Shown here: in pieces, positions 50,284-64,000 of the stretch
Layout: every line of letters starts with the position of its first letter
Position numbering within the stretch: the first letter of the stretch is position 1
Assembly: GCA_964016885.1 (NCBI GenBank)
Contig: OZ024743.1
Location: 50,282,001 to 50,346,000, forward strand
Direction: 5' to 3'
Source: Eledone cirrhosa
Lineage: Eukaryota
Length of the DNA: 64,000 bases
The notes under the pieces: model-generated
The model's input: only the letters and a program-made list of their open reading frames with translations
Told to the model about the DNA's origin: nothing
The model's database searches: none
Position numbers and translations under genes: made by a program

Positions 50284-53200
50284 TAAATTTCTTTATTAGC
50301 CACAGGGGCACAAAAGAAAGGGACAAATACAAATGGGGAGTTTACATACAGGTATATGAAAATAAAACTATTAATAAAATAACAAATAACAATTGAAATC
50401 CCCAATATGGGGGAGGCGTTACACAGGGGTTGTACACACCTCGAAAAAATGTACAACCCTCATCCCCAGGAGCACCAAGAGTGAGTACTCCCCTCCTCTC
50501 TTTCTCTTTTTCCTCAACCTACAGGCTTATATAGAGAGAAAGCCCAACCACTCAAGCCATCTTTGCCACATTCACCCACCTTTTATAAAATTTGCTGGGG
50601 TACAGCACCTCTCTCTCCGTCCTGATTCTTCTTCCAAAATGATATTTGCAAAAACGAATCAGTTGTTCGCCGGAGAGAAAGGTGTCTGCCCTCAGCCCTT
50701 TTAATCTCGTCAACCATATAACCTCTTTCACCATAGCCATAACACATAGGAAAACTGCCTCTCCTTCGTTTTTGAAGGAGGGTGGCGGTTTGATCATGAC
50801 AATGGACTCGGTGGTCAACTGGATTGGTCCCACCCGCGACAATAGTCGTTCTACATAGCCCCACAGGTCGGTAACGCCCGGGCAGTGTACAAATGCTTGC
50901 GCGACGGTTTCCTCGTCGCGCACGCATCTCGGACAGATCTTTTTCGAAGGGTCCCTGCCCGGGCGCCCGTGTCTGTAGAGCTTGTCTCGAACTGGTAGAG
51001 CTCCTCGGTAGCACAGCCAGGCCAGGGTTTTTGGAAGTTGTCCATCGGTCCCGGGCGGAAGGTTCTACCGAACAGACTGGCCAGTTCGTCTTCCTCTACG
51101 CCCAGAGATTCTCCGAGCCCGTCGTCGCATTTGCTGCGGATCAACACTCTATAGAATGACGAAGTGGAGTCTCCACTGATCGCCGGGTCCGCCTGAGCAC
51201 ATTCGATGTGCAAGTCGCCCATTTTCCTCGGTCTTTGCTTGACCCAGGACTGCAGCTCAGTCAGTGAGACGAGTCGTGGGAAAGCTCGCCTCACGAACCG
51301 GTTGTCCGGTGAGGAATACGTGGAGGTGCCGCAGCATGAGCGCGTGTTTGCGCATCGTCAGCCACAGTATTCCCAGCCCTCCGTTTGAAGGGTGTTGGTA
51401 GCAGATGGATCTTCTCACCAAAGGAGCCCGCTTCTTCCAAAGGAATTGGAAGAGCGCGCGCTCCATTTCGGTGAGCATTTTGGCTGGACAAGGCACGACG
51501 GTCAAACGGTAGTAGATGGCAGACGCTATAAAAGTGTTCGCCACCTCCGCTCGACCTTTCAAGGATAGTTTGCACTCGGCCCACTTCTGGGTGAGCGCAA
51601 ACACCTTGGCCGTCACCTCGTTCCAGTTCTTCTCCACCTGGAGGTCCGGACCAAACCAGACCCCGAACAGCTTTGCCGGTCCTTCCGTCCAGCTTCCGAC
51701 GACGCCATCGGAAGGCATCGGTTTGCCTCTCCACGTTCCGAGTTGCAAACCGACGGATTTGTCCCGGTTCAGCTTCGCTCCTGTGAACGTTTCGTATTCC
51801 TTCAGTAAGGTGCCTAGCTCCCCGATTTGCGAGGTGCTCGACACCATTACTGTCATGTCGCTTTTCGCAGTCCTGGTTCCAAAGGGATGCCCTGCAATAG
51901 CTCCAAATTCCGCAGTAGTGGCTCGAAAGTCAGTACGTACAGAAAGGAGGAGAGAGGGCATCCCTGTCGGATGGATCGCGTGATATGGGACGGCTCCGAG
52001 AGGTAGCCGTTCACCTTGACCCTTGAGCAGATGTTGCTGCTGTGCATTGCAGCAATCCAGCTCCTGAACACGGGTCCGAAGCCTGCCGCCTCGAGTACCG
52101 CATCCAGGTAACGATGGTCAGCCCTATCGAAAGCCTTAGACTGATCCAAGTTGATCAGGGCCCCACCGAAGCCGGGTTTACACCCTACCCTCTCTATGAT
52201 GTATCGCATGAGGTGGAGGTTGTCTTGTATGGACCTGGTCGGGATTGCGCATGTCTGCGCTTCTCCCACCAGGTTTTCGACGACAAGCGCCTGCCTCTTT
52301 GCCAACACTTTGGCCAAAATCCGTAACTATGTGTGTAGCAGAATTATGGGCCGGAAGTTGCCTATGTCAGCCCCCTTATTCTCGTCCTTCCTGACTAACG
52401 TGACTTTCCCTCTTGGTCACAGAACTGGGAATTCTCCAGTTCTGCTGCCAGTTGCAGTAGACCGCTTCCAGGAGACCGGAGAACAAGTCCGGCATTGCTA
52501 CGTAAAATTCGTAGGGTAGACCGTCGAGACCTGGAGATTTGCGTTTGCAGCATTGGCTCAGCGCGTCCCCTATCTCAGCGGCCGAAATCTGCCTTTCGCA
52601 GAACTTCGCCTCGCTGTCCGAGAGTCGCAGTAGGCTGTCGAGGTATGGACGAAATCCATAGCCCCTCCCGGCACGCCACCCTGCCCGAACAGTTGCGCAA
52701 AGTGCCGCTGAAAGGCCGCGCACATCTGCTTCGGCTCACGTATCACGGGTCCGTCTTTGTCCTTCAAAGACCGAATCGTGGACTTGTTGCCACTTTTCGC
52801 CTCCGTCACTCGGGCCTAGCTAACAGTTTTGGCTTCCTCGTTTCCCAGAGCACGTATTTTGCTTCTGACAACGCAGCCTTCATGCTTTGCGTCGAAGAAC
52901 TGGTCCAAGGCCGTTCTCGTCGCTAGCACGCTGGCTATGTTGCCACTCCTAAGTGCCTCTTCTACTTTATCTACCAGTTCCTTTTCGGTCTTATTTCTAT
53001 CTAACACTAATTCTTTACTAAAACCTATCGAGTCTAATCTAACTGCCCTCTTGAGAGAGTACCACCATCTGTTGTTGACAATGGCCCCCGTCAAGTGCTG
53101 CTCAAACTAAGGTGCTAATCCGTCTACTGTAGGCTTTGCACGTCGGTAACGACAAGTTCAGCTTCCAGTAGCCGGGTACTTGTCTATGGGTTTTATCAAG

Positions 53201-53500
53201 GTTGACTAAGCAGGTCACTAATTTGTGATCTGAATAGGCAACCATGAACATTTATAGACAGCTTAACATGTCCCTATCCTTCTTTCTAACTAGAACCCTA
53301 TTTAGGTACGATCTATGTGTTCCGCTGAGATTAGTCCACGTCCACAGTGGCACAGTCGGAAAATCTAGTCGATATCTATCCGCCAGGGCAAATCGGCCGA
53401 TTAACTGTTTGAGGCTGTTACACCCCCTTTATCGGGACATTCTCCCACATAATCCCAACGTGCATCTAGAATTAAATTCCAATCCCCCACTAAAAGCAAG
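50284..53500 (-). mobile_element. Decayed Tx1 copy (subfamily B), ORF2 with many frameshifts, 5'-truncated in the endonuclease
   Basis: Fragments collinear with the 38979-42398 ORF2 (GDWN, YSDH, KSPGLDG, DQSKAFD, RQGCPLS, W.GKPMP). The YADD motif is damaged. 3' end gcccctgtggctaataaagaaa followed by TATC repeats. Confidence 0.93.
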
Positions 53501-53510
53501 GAGCACACAC

Positions 53511-53609
<99 letters not shown>

Positions 53610-54283
53610 CATGTATATATATATATATATACATGCATGCATTCATAGATACATATATATATATATATATATACACATGTACATACGTAAGTAGTATATA
53701 AATGCATACATATATGTATACACAAATACACATACACACATACATACATACATACATACATACATACATACATACATACATACATACATACATACATACA
53801 TACATACATACATACATACATACATACATACATACAAAACTAATTTATGATCAAGAAAATAAAAACATCATTAGCGTAACTAATGAAGTTTAGACATGAA
53901 ATAAAATTTGACACACTTCTCTCTCCAGGGAACATTTCAAATTCTACTTAATATAACAACATAAAAAATAGACCAGTTCACTGAGGAAGTTTTACATATT
54001 AACTTGAAACGACAAACACTAACCACAGAGGGAATCACATTAAAAGACTGGCGTGGTGTACTAACAAGTTTATGTTTGAAGATTACTCCCATGAAATCCA
54101 CGAGCAGCATATCTCCTCCTTCTTATATCTTCTGCAAAAAATAAGGAAACCATCAGCTGACATAAAATGCCAACAGGAAAAGAATATTCTGCGACATCTG
54201 ATGTTTTGTAAAGGACATTAAAGGTTATCATATAATATTTATTGTCAGTGGAAATAATCTTTAAATGTGTCTACAGTCCCTTC

Positions 54284-54532
54284 TTAACCCTTTGAAATTA
54301 TGCATTTGAAATCGCCCCTGGTTCTACGACACCAAACTGTTTTAAAGTGTTTATATTATTTAAAAACCTTTCATCATAATTTTATGAAAGAATCTTTGTT
54401 AAGTTATGTTCCAAACACTAGATTAATACCGTGAAAATAAGTTATATTACAAAATCCCTCCAAATTCTTGATTATTTAAAAAGATTATTTCAACATCATA
54501 CACAGTCTTTCATTAGAAATATGGTGACTGAA
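54284..54532. mobile_element. Possible decayed piggyBac-type MITE
   Basis: Begins TTAACCCTTT; the right terminus is not clean. Confidence 0.35.
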
Positions 54533-54640
54533 ACAATAACACTCTATAAATATATATATTGTAGCAATATTATATATATTGTAGCAATATTATATATATT
54601 GTAGCAATATTATATATATTATAACAACATTATATATATT

Positions 54641-54828
54641 GTGTCGATTGACAGTATCGGAAGAGGGTCGGACGCCTTGCTTTGCAGCACAGTTACGTCC
54701 CTTTACAGACTGAGTTCAAATCTCGCCAAAGTTAACTTTGCCTTTCATCCTTACGTGGTCGATAAAATAAAGTACCAGTAATACACTGAGATAATTGCTG
54801 GCCTTGTGCCAAAAGTAGAAACAATTAT
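54641..54828 (+). mobile_element. SINE family 1 inserted in the 20-bp satellite
   Basis: Head, core and tail ending AGAAACAATTAT, merging into a satellite ATTAT. Confidence 0.92.
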
Positions 54829-56847
54829 ATTGTAGCAATATTATATTGTAGCAATATTATATATATTGTAGCAACTTTATATATATTGTAGCAATATTAT
54901 ATATATTGTAGCAATATTATATATATTGTAGCAATATTATATATATTGTAGCAATATTATATATATTGTAGCAATATTATATATATTCTAGCAATATTAT
55001 ATATATTGTGGCAATATTATATATATTGTAGCAATATTATATATATTGTAGCAATATTATATATATTGTGGCAATATTATATATATATTGTAGCAATATT
55101 ATATATATTGTAGCAACATTATATATATTGTAGCAATATTATATATATATTGTAGCAAAATTATATATATTCTAGCAATATTATATATATTGTGGCAATA
55201 TTATATATATATTGTAGCAATATTATATATATTCTAGCAATATTATATATATATTGTAGCAATATTATATATATTGTAGCAACATTATATATATTGTAGC
55301 AATATTATATATATTGTAGCAACATTATATATATTGTAGCAATATTATATATATTGTAGCAATATTATATATATTGTAGCAATATTATATATATTGTAGC
55401 AATATTATATATATTGTAGCAATATTATATATATATTGTAGCAACATTATATATATTCTAGCAATATTATATATATTGTAGCAATATTATATTGTAACAA
55501 TATTATATATGTTGTAGCAATATTATATATATTCTAGCAATATTATATATATTGTAACAATATTATATATTGTAGCAATATTATATATATTGTAGCAATA
55601 TTATATATATTGTAACAATATTATATATATTGTAGCAATATTATATATATTGTGGCAATATTATATATATTCTAGCAATATTATATATATTCTAGCAATA
55701 TTATATATATATTGTAGCAATATTATATATATTGTAGCAATATTATATATATTGTAGCAATATTATATATATTGTAGCAATATTATATATATTGTAGCAA
55801 TATTATATATATTGTGGCAATATTATATATATATTGTAGCAATATTATATATATTGTAGCAATATTATATATATTGTAGCAAAATTATATATATTGTAGC
55901 AATATTATATATATTGTAGCAATATTATATATATTGCAGCAATATTATATATATTGTAGCAATATTATATATATTGTAGCAATATTATATATATTGTAGC
56001 AATATTATATATATTGTGGCAATATTATATATATATTGTAGCAATATTATATATATTGTAGCAATATTATATATATTGTAGCAAAATTATATATATTGTA
56101 GCAATATTATATATATTGTAGCAATATTATATTGTAGCAATATTATATATATTGTAGCAATATTATATATATTGTAGCAATATTATATATATTGTAGCAA
56201 TATTATATTGTAGCAATATTATATATATTCTAGCAATATTATATATATTGTAGCAACATTATATATATTGAAGCAACATTATATATATTGTAGCAATATT
56301 ATATATATTGTAGCAATATTATATATATATATTGTAGCAATATTATATATATTGTAGCAACATTATATATATTGTAGCAATATTATATATATTGTAGCAA
56401 CATTATATATATTGTAGCAATATTATATATATTGTAGCAATATTATATATATTGTAGCAATATTATATATATTGTAGCAATATTATATATATTGTGGCAA
56501 TATTATATATATATTGTAGCTATATTATATATATTGTAGCAATATTATATATATTGTAGCAAAATTATATATATTGTAGCAATATTATATATATTGTGGC
56601 AATATTATATATATATTGTAGCAATATTATATATATTCTAGCAATATTATATATATATTGTAGCAATATTATATATATTGTAGCAACATTATATATATTG
56701 TAGCAATATTATATATATTGTAGCAACATTATATATATTGTAGCAATATTATATATATTGTAGCAATATTATATATATTGTAGCAATATTATATATATTG
56801 TAGCAATATTATATATATTGTAGCAACATTATATATATTCTAGCAAT

Positions 56848-57030
56848 GGATTGGCAGTATCGGTAGAGGGTCGGACGCCATGCTTTCCAGCATAGTTACG
56901 TCCCTTTACGATCTGAGTTCAAATCCCGCCGAGGTTGACTTTGCCTTTCATCCTTACGGGGTCGATAAAATAAAGTACCAGTAATGCACTGGGTAATTGC
57001 TGGCCTTGTGCCAAAAGTAGAAACAATTAT
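56848..57030 (+). mobile_element. Young SINE family 1 inserted in the 20-bp satellite
   Basis: Very close to the reverse complement of 23057-23235; the tail merges into a satellite ATTAT. Confidence 0.93.
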
Positions 57031-60000
57031 ATATATTGTAGCAATATTATATTGTAACAATATTATATATATTGTAGCAATATTATATATATCGTAGCAA
57101 TATTATATATATTGTAGCAATATTATATATATTGTAGCAATATTATATATATTGTAACAATATTATATATATTGTAGCAATATTATATATATTGTGGCAA
57201 TATTATATATATATTGTAGCAATATTATATATATTGTAGCAATATTATATATATTGTAGCAATATTATATATATTGTAGCAATATTATATATATTCTAGC
57301 AATATTATATATATTGTGGCAATATTATATATATATTGTAGCAATATTATATATATTGTAGCAACATTATATATATTGTAGCAATATTATATATATTGTA
57401 GCAACATTATATATATTGTAGCAATATTATATATATTGTAGCAATATTTTATATATTGTAGCAATATTATATATATTGTAGCAATATTATATATATTGTA
57501 GCAATATTATATATATTGTAGCAACATTATATATATTCTAGCAATATTATATATATTCTAGCAATATTATATTGTAACAATATTATATATATTGTAGCAA
57601 TATTATATATATTGTAGCAATATTATATATATTGTAGCAATATTATATATATTGTAGCAATATTATATATATTGTAACAATATTATATATATTGTAGCAA
57701 TATTATATATATTGTGGCAATATTATATATATATTGTAGCAATATTATATATATTGTAGCAATATTATATATATTGTAGCAATATTATATATATTGTAGC
57801 AATATTATATATATTCTAGCAATATTATATATATTGTGGCAATATTATATATATATTGTAGCAATATTATATATATTGTAGCAACATTATATATATTGTA
57901 GCAACATTATATATATTCTAGCAAAATTCTATATATTGTAGCAATATTATATATATATTGTAGCAATATTATATATATTGTAGCAACATTATATATATTG
58001 TAGCAATATTATATATATTGTAGCAACATTATATATATTGTAGCAATATTATATATATTGTAGCAATATTATATATATTGTAGCAATATTATATATATTG
58101 TAGCAATATTATATATATTGTGGCAATATTATATATATATTGTAGCAATATTATATATATTGTAGCAATATTATATATATTGTAGCAAAATTATATATAT
58201 TGTAGCAATATTATATATATTGTGGCAATATTGTATATATATTGTAGCAATATTATATATATTCTAGCAATATTATATATATATTGTAGCAATATTATAT
58301 ATATTGTAGCAACATTATAAATATTGTAGCAATATTATATATATTGTAGCAACATTATATATATTGTAGCAATATTATATATATTGTAGCAATATTATAT
58401 ATATTGTAGCAATATTATATATATTGTAGCAATATTATATATATTGTAGCAATATTATATATATTGTAGCAACATTATATATATTCTAGCAATATTATAT
58501 ATATTGTAGCAATATTATATTGTAACAATATTATATATATTGTAGCAATATTATATATATTGTAGCAACATTATATATATTGTAGCAATATTATATATAT
58601 TGTAGCAACATTATATATATTGTAACAATATTATATATATTGTAGCAATATTATATATATTGTGGCAATATTATATATATATTGTAGCAATATTATATAT
58701 ATTGTAGCAATATTATATATATTGTAGCAATATTATATATATTGTAGCAATATTATATATATTCTAGCAATATTATATATATTGTGGCAATATTATATAT
58801 ATATTGTAGCAATATTATATATATTGTAGCAACATTATATATATTGTAGCAATATTATATATATTGTAGCAACATTATATATATTGTAGCAATATTATAT
58901 ATATTGTAGCAATATTATATATATTGTAGCAATATTATATATATTGTAGCAATATTATATATATTGTAGCTATATTATATATATTGTAGCAATATTATAT
59001 ATATTGTAGCAACATTATATATATTCTAGCAATATTATATATATTGTAGCAATATTATATTGTAACAATATTATATATATTGTAGCAATATTATATATAT
59101 TGTAGCAATATTATATATATTGTAGCAATATTATATATATTGTAGCAATATTATATATATTGTAACAATATTATATATATTGTAGCAATATTATATATAT
59201 TGTGGCAATATTATATATATATTGTAGCAATATTATATATATTGTAGCAATATTATATATATTGTAGCAATATTATATATATTGTAGCAATATTATATAT
59301 ATTCTAGCAATATTATATATATTGTGGCAATATTATATATATATTGTTGCAATATTATATATATTGTAGCAACATTATATATATTGTAGCAACATTATAT
59401 ATATTCTAGCAAAATTCTATATATTGTAGCAATATTATATATATTGTAGCAATATTATATATATTGTAGCAATATTATATATATTGTAGCAACATTATAT
59501 ATATTGTAGCAACATTATATATATTGTAGCAACATTATAAATATTGTAGCAATATTATATATATTGTAGCAACATTATATATATTGTAGCAATATTATAT
59601 ATATTCTAGCAATATTATATATATTGTAGCAATATTATATATATTGTGGCAATATTATATATATATTGTAGCAATATTATATATATTGTAGCAATATTAT
59701 ATATATTGTAGCAACATTATATATATTGTAGCAATATTATATATATTCTAGCAATATTATATATATTGTAGCAATATTATATATATTGTAGCAATATTAT
59801 ATATATTGTAGCAATATTATATATATTGTAGCAATATTATATATATTGTAGCAATATTATATATATTGTAGCAATATTATATATATTGTAGCAACATTAT
59901 ATATATTGTAGCAATATTATATATATTGTAGCAACATTATATATATTGTAGCAATATTATATATATTGTAGCAATATTATATATATATTGTAGCAATATT

Positions 60001-63000
60001 ATATATATTGTAGCAATATTATATATATTGTAGCAATATTATATATATTGTAGCAATATTATATATATTGTAGCAATATTATATATATTGTAGCAATATT
60101 ATATATATTGTAGCAATATTATATATATTGTAGCAACATTATATATATTCTAGCAATATTATATATATTGTAGCAATATTATATATATTGTAGCAATATT
60201 ATATATATTGTAGCAATATTATATATATTGTAGCAACATTATATATATTGTAGCAATATTATATATATTGTAGCAATATTATATATATTCTAGCAATATT
60301 ATATATATTGTAGCAACATTATATATATGGTAGCAATATTATATATATTGTAACAATATTATATATATTGTAGCAATATTATATATATTGTAGCAACATT
60401 ATATATATTGTAGCAATATTATATATATTGTAGCAACATTATATATATTGTAGCAATATTATATATATTGTAGCAAAATTATATATATTGTAGCAATATT
60501 ATATATATTGTAGCAATATTATATATATTGTAGCAACATTATATATATTGTAGCAACATTATATATATTGTAGCAACATTATATATATTCTAGCAATATT
60601 ATATATATTGTAGCAATATTATATTGTAACAATATTATATATATTGTAGCAATATTATATATATTGTAACAATATTATATATATTCTAGCAACATTATAT
60701 ATATTGTAGCAACATTATATATATTGTAGCAATATTATATATATTGTAACAATATTATATATTGTAGCAATATTATATATATTGTAGCAATATTATATAT
60801 ATTGTAACAATATTATATATATTGTAGCAATATTATATATATTGTGGCAATATTATATATATATTGTAGCAATATTATATATATTGTAGCAATATTATAT
60901 ATATTGTAGCAATATTATATATATTGTAGCAATATTATATATATTCTAGCAATATTATATATATTGTAGCAATATTATATTGTAGCAATATTATATATAC
61001 TGTAGCAATATTATATATATTGTAGCAATATTATATATATTGTAGCAATATTATATATATTGTAGCAATATTATATATATTGTAGCAATATTATATATAT
61101 TGTAGCAATATTATATATATTGTAGCAATATTATATATATTGTAGCAATATTATATTGTAGCAATATTATATATATTGTAGCAATATTATATATATTGTA
61201 GCAATATTATATATATTGTAGCAATATTATATTGTAGCAATATTATATATATTCTAGCAATATTATATATATTGTAGCAATATTATATTGTAGCAATATT
61301 ATATATATTGTAGCAATATTATATATATTGTAGGAATATTATATATATTGTAGCAACATTATATATATTGTAGCAACATTATATATATTCTAGCAATATT
61401 ATATATATTGTAGCAATATTATATATATTGTAGCAATATTATATATATTCTAGCAATATTATATATATTGTAGCAATATTATATATATTGTAGCAACATT
61501 ATATATATTGTAGCAATATTATATATATTGTAGCAACATTATATATATTGTAGCAATATTATATATATTGTAGCAATATTATATATATTGTAGCAATATA
61601 TATATTCTAGCAATATTATATATATTGTAGCAATATATATATTCTAGCAATATTATATATATTGTAGAAACATTATATATATTGTAGCAACATTATATAT
61701 ATTGTAGCAATATTATATATATTGTAGCAATATTATATATATTGTAGCAATATATATATTCTATCAATATTATATATAAATAGTAGCAATATTATATATA
61801 TTGTAGCAATATTATATATATTGTAGCAATATTATATATATTGTAGCAATATTATATATATTGTAGCAATATTATATATATTGTAGCAATATTATATATA
61901 TTGTAGCAACATTATATATATTCTAGCAATATTATATATATTGTAGCAATATTATATGTATTGTAGCAATATTATATATATTGTAGCAATATTATATATA
62001 TTGTAGCAACATTATATATATTGTAGCAATATTATATATATTGTAGCAATATTATATATATTCTAGCAATATTATATATATTGTAGCAACATTATATATA
62101 TTGTAGCAATATTATATATATTGTAACAATATTATATATATTGTAGCAATATTATATATATTGTAGCAACATTATATATATTGTAGCAATATTATATATA
62201 TTGTAGCAACATTATATATATTGTAGCAATATTATATATATTGTAGCAACATTATATATATTGTAGCAATATTATATATATTGTAGCAATATTATATATA
62301 TTGTAGCAACATTATATATATTGTAGCAACATTATATATATTGTAGCAACATTATATATATTCTAGCAATATTATATATATTGTAGCAATATTATATTGT
62401 AACAATATTATATATATTGTAGCAATATTATATATATTGTAACAATATTATATATATTCTAGCAACATTATATATATTGTAGCAACATTATATATATTGT
62501 AGCAATATTATATATATTGTAACAATATTATATATTGTAGCAATATTATATATATTGTAACAATATTATATATATTGTAACAATATTATATATATTGTAG
62601 CAATATTATATATATTGTGGCAATATTATATATATATTGTAGCAATATTATATATATTGTAGCAATATTATATATATTGTAGCAATATTATATATATTGT
62701 AGCAATATTATATATATTCTAGCAATATTATATATATTGTAGCAATATTATATTGTAGCAATATTATATATATTGTAGCAATATTATATATATTGTAGCA
62801 ATATTATATTGTAGCAATATTATATATATTGTAGCAATATTATATATATTGTAGCAATATTATATATATTGTAGCAATATTATATTGTAGCAATATTATA
62901 TATATTCTAGCAATATTATATATATTGTAGCAATATTATATTGTAGCAATATTATATATATCGTAGCAATATTATATATATTGTAGCAATATTATATATA

Positions 63001-64000
63001 TTGTAGCAACATTATATATATTGTAGCAACATTATATATATTCTAGCAATATTATATATATTGTAGCAATATTATATATATTGTAGCAATATTATATATA
63101 TTCTAGCAATATTATATATATTGTAGCAATATTATATATATTGTAGCAACATTATATATATTGTAGCAATATTATATATATTGTAGCAACATTATATATA
63201 TTGTAGCAATATTATATATATTGTAGCAATATTATATATATTGTAGCAATATATATATTCTAGCAATATTATATATATTGTAGCAATATATATATTCTAG
63301 CAATATTATATATATTGTAGAAACATTATATATATTGTAGCAACATTATATATATTGTAGCAATATTATATATATTGTAGCAATATTATATATATTGTAG
63401 CAATATATATATTCTAGCAATATTATATATATATTGTAGCAATATTATATATATTGTAGCAATATTATATATATTGTAGCAATATTATATATATTGTAGC
63501 AATATTATATATATTGTAGCAATATTATATATATTGTAGCAATATTATATATATTGTAGCAATATTATATATATTGTAGCAACATTATATATATTCTAGC
63601 AATATTATATATATTGTAGCAATATTATATATATTGTAGCAATATTATATATATTGTAGCAATATTATATATATTGTAGCAACATTATATATATTGTAGC
63701 AATATTATATATATTGTAGCAATATTATATATATTCTAGCAATATTATATATATTGTAGCAACATTATATATATTGTAGCAATATTATATATATTGTAAC
63801 AATATTATATATATTGTAGCAATATTATATATATTGTAGCAACATTATATATATTGTAGCAATATTATATATATTGTAGCAACATTATATATATTGTAGC
63901 AATATTATATATATTGTAGCAACATTATATATATTGTAGCAATATTATATATATTGTAGCAATATTATATATATTGTAGCAACATTATATATATTGTAGC

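Larger units (their letters stand above)
54545..64000. repeat. 20-bp AT-rich satellite (ATTGTAGCAATATTATATAT), over 9.4 kb, runs off the window
   Basis: About 450 units with recurring variants (ttctagc, aacatt, gtggc, gtaac, +/-TA). Confidence 0.98.

Noticed and set aside
54060-54145. Possible minus-strand exon (tattttttgcag acceptor)
   Set aside because: All three frames hit stops before the best donor, and there is no recognisable homology.

Overview
AT-rich, repeat-saturated metazoan DNA. The SINE families, the 5S sequence and the microsatellite load suggest a coleoid cephalopod such as Octopus (inference). No host protein-coding gene is securely identifiable, and most ORF-track entries are artefacts of simple repeats. 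Protein-coding elements: an apparently intact 5.8-kb L1/Tx1-clade LINE with ORF1 and ORF2, flanked by (AAT)n; a decayed second Tx1 and a Tx1 3'UTR stub; a near full-length Penelope-like element (PLE) with a pseudo-LTR and hammerhead ribozyme; a 7.7-kb Helitron with a decayed, intron-containing RepHel gene; and CRE-, R4/Dong- and RTE-type LINE fragments. Non-coding elements: two non-autonomous Helitron candidates, hAT and piggyBac MITEs, about ten tRNA-SINE copies, a 5S-rRNA-headed retrocopy, several hammerhead motifs and five larger satellite arrays. Most notable: (1) the abundant SINE shares a 3' stem-loop and ATT tail with the intact Tx1, and its TSDs begin at ATTAT; (2) short PLE insertions fold back inside the hammerhead stem II; (3) a 5S-headed SINE-like chimera; (4) a satellite built from tandem mini-MITEs between Helitron ends; (5) all long coding TEs lie on the minus strand. 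All alignments and counts were done by eye.
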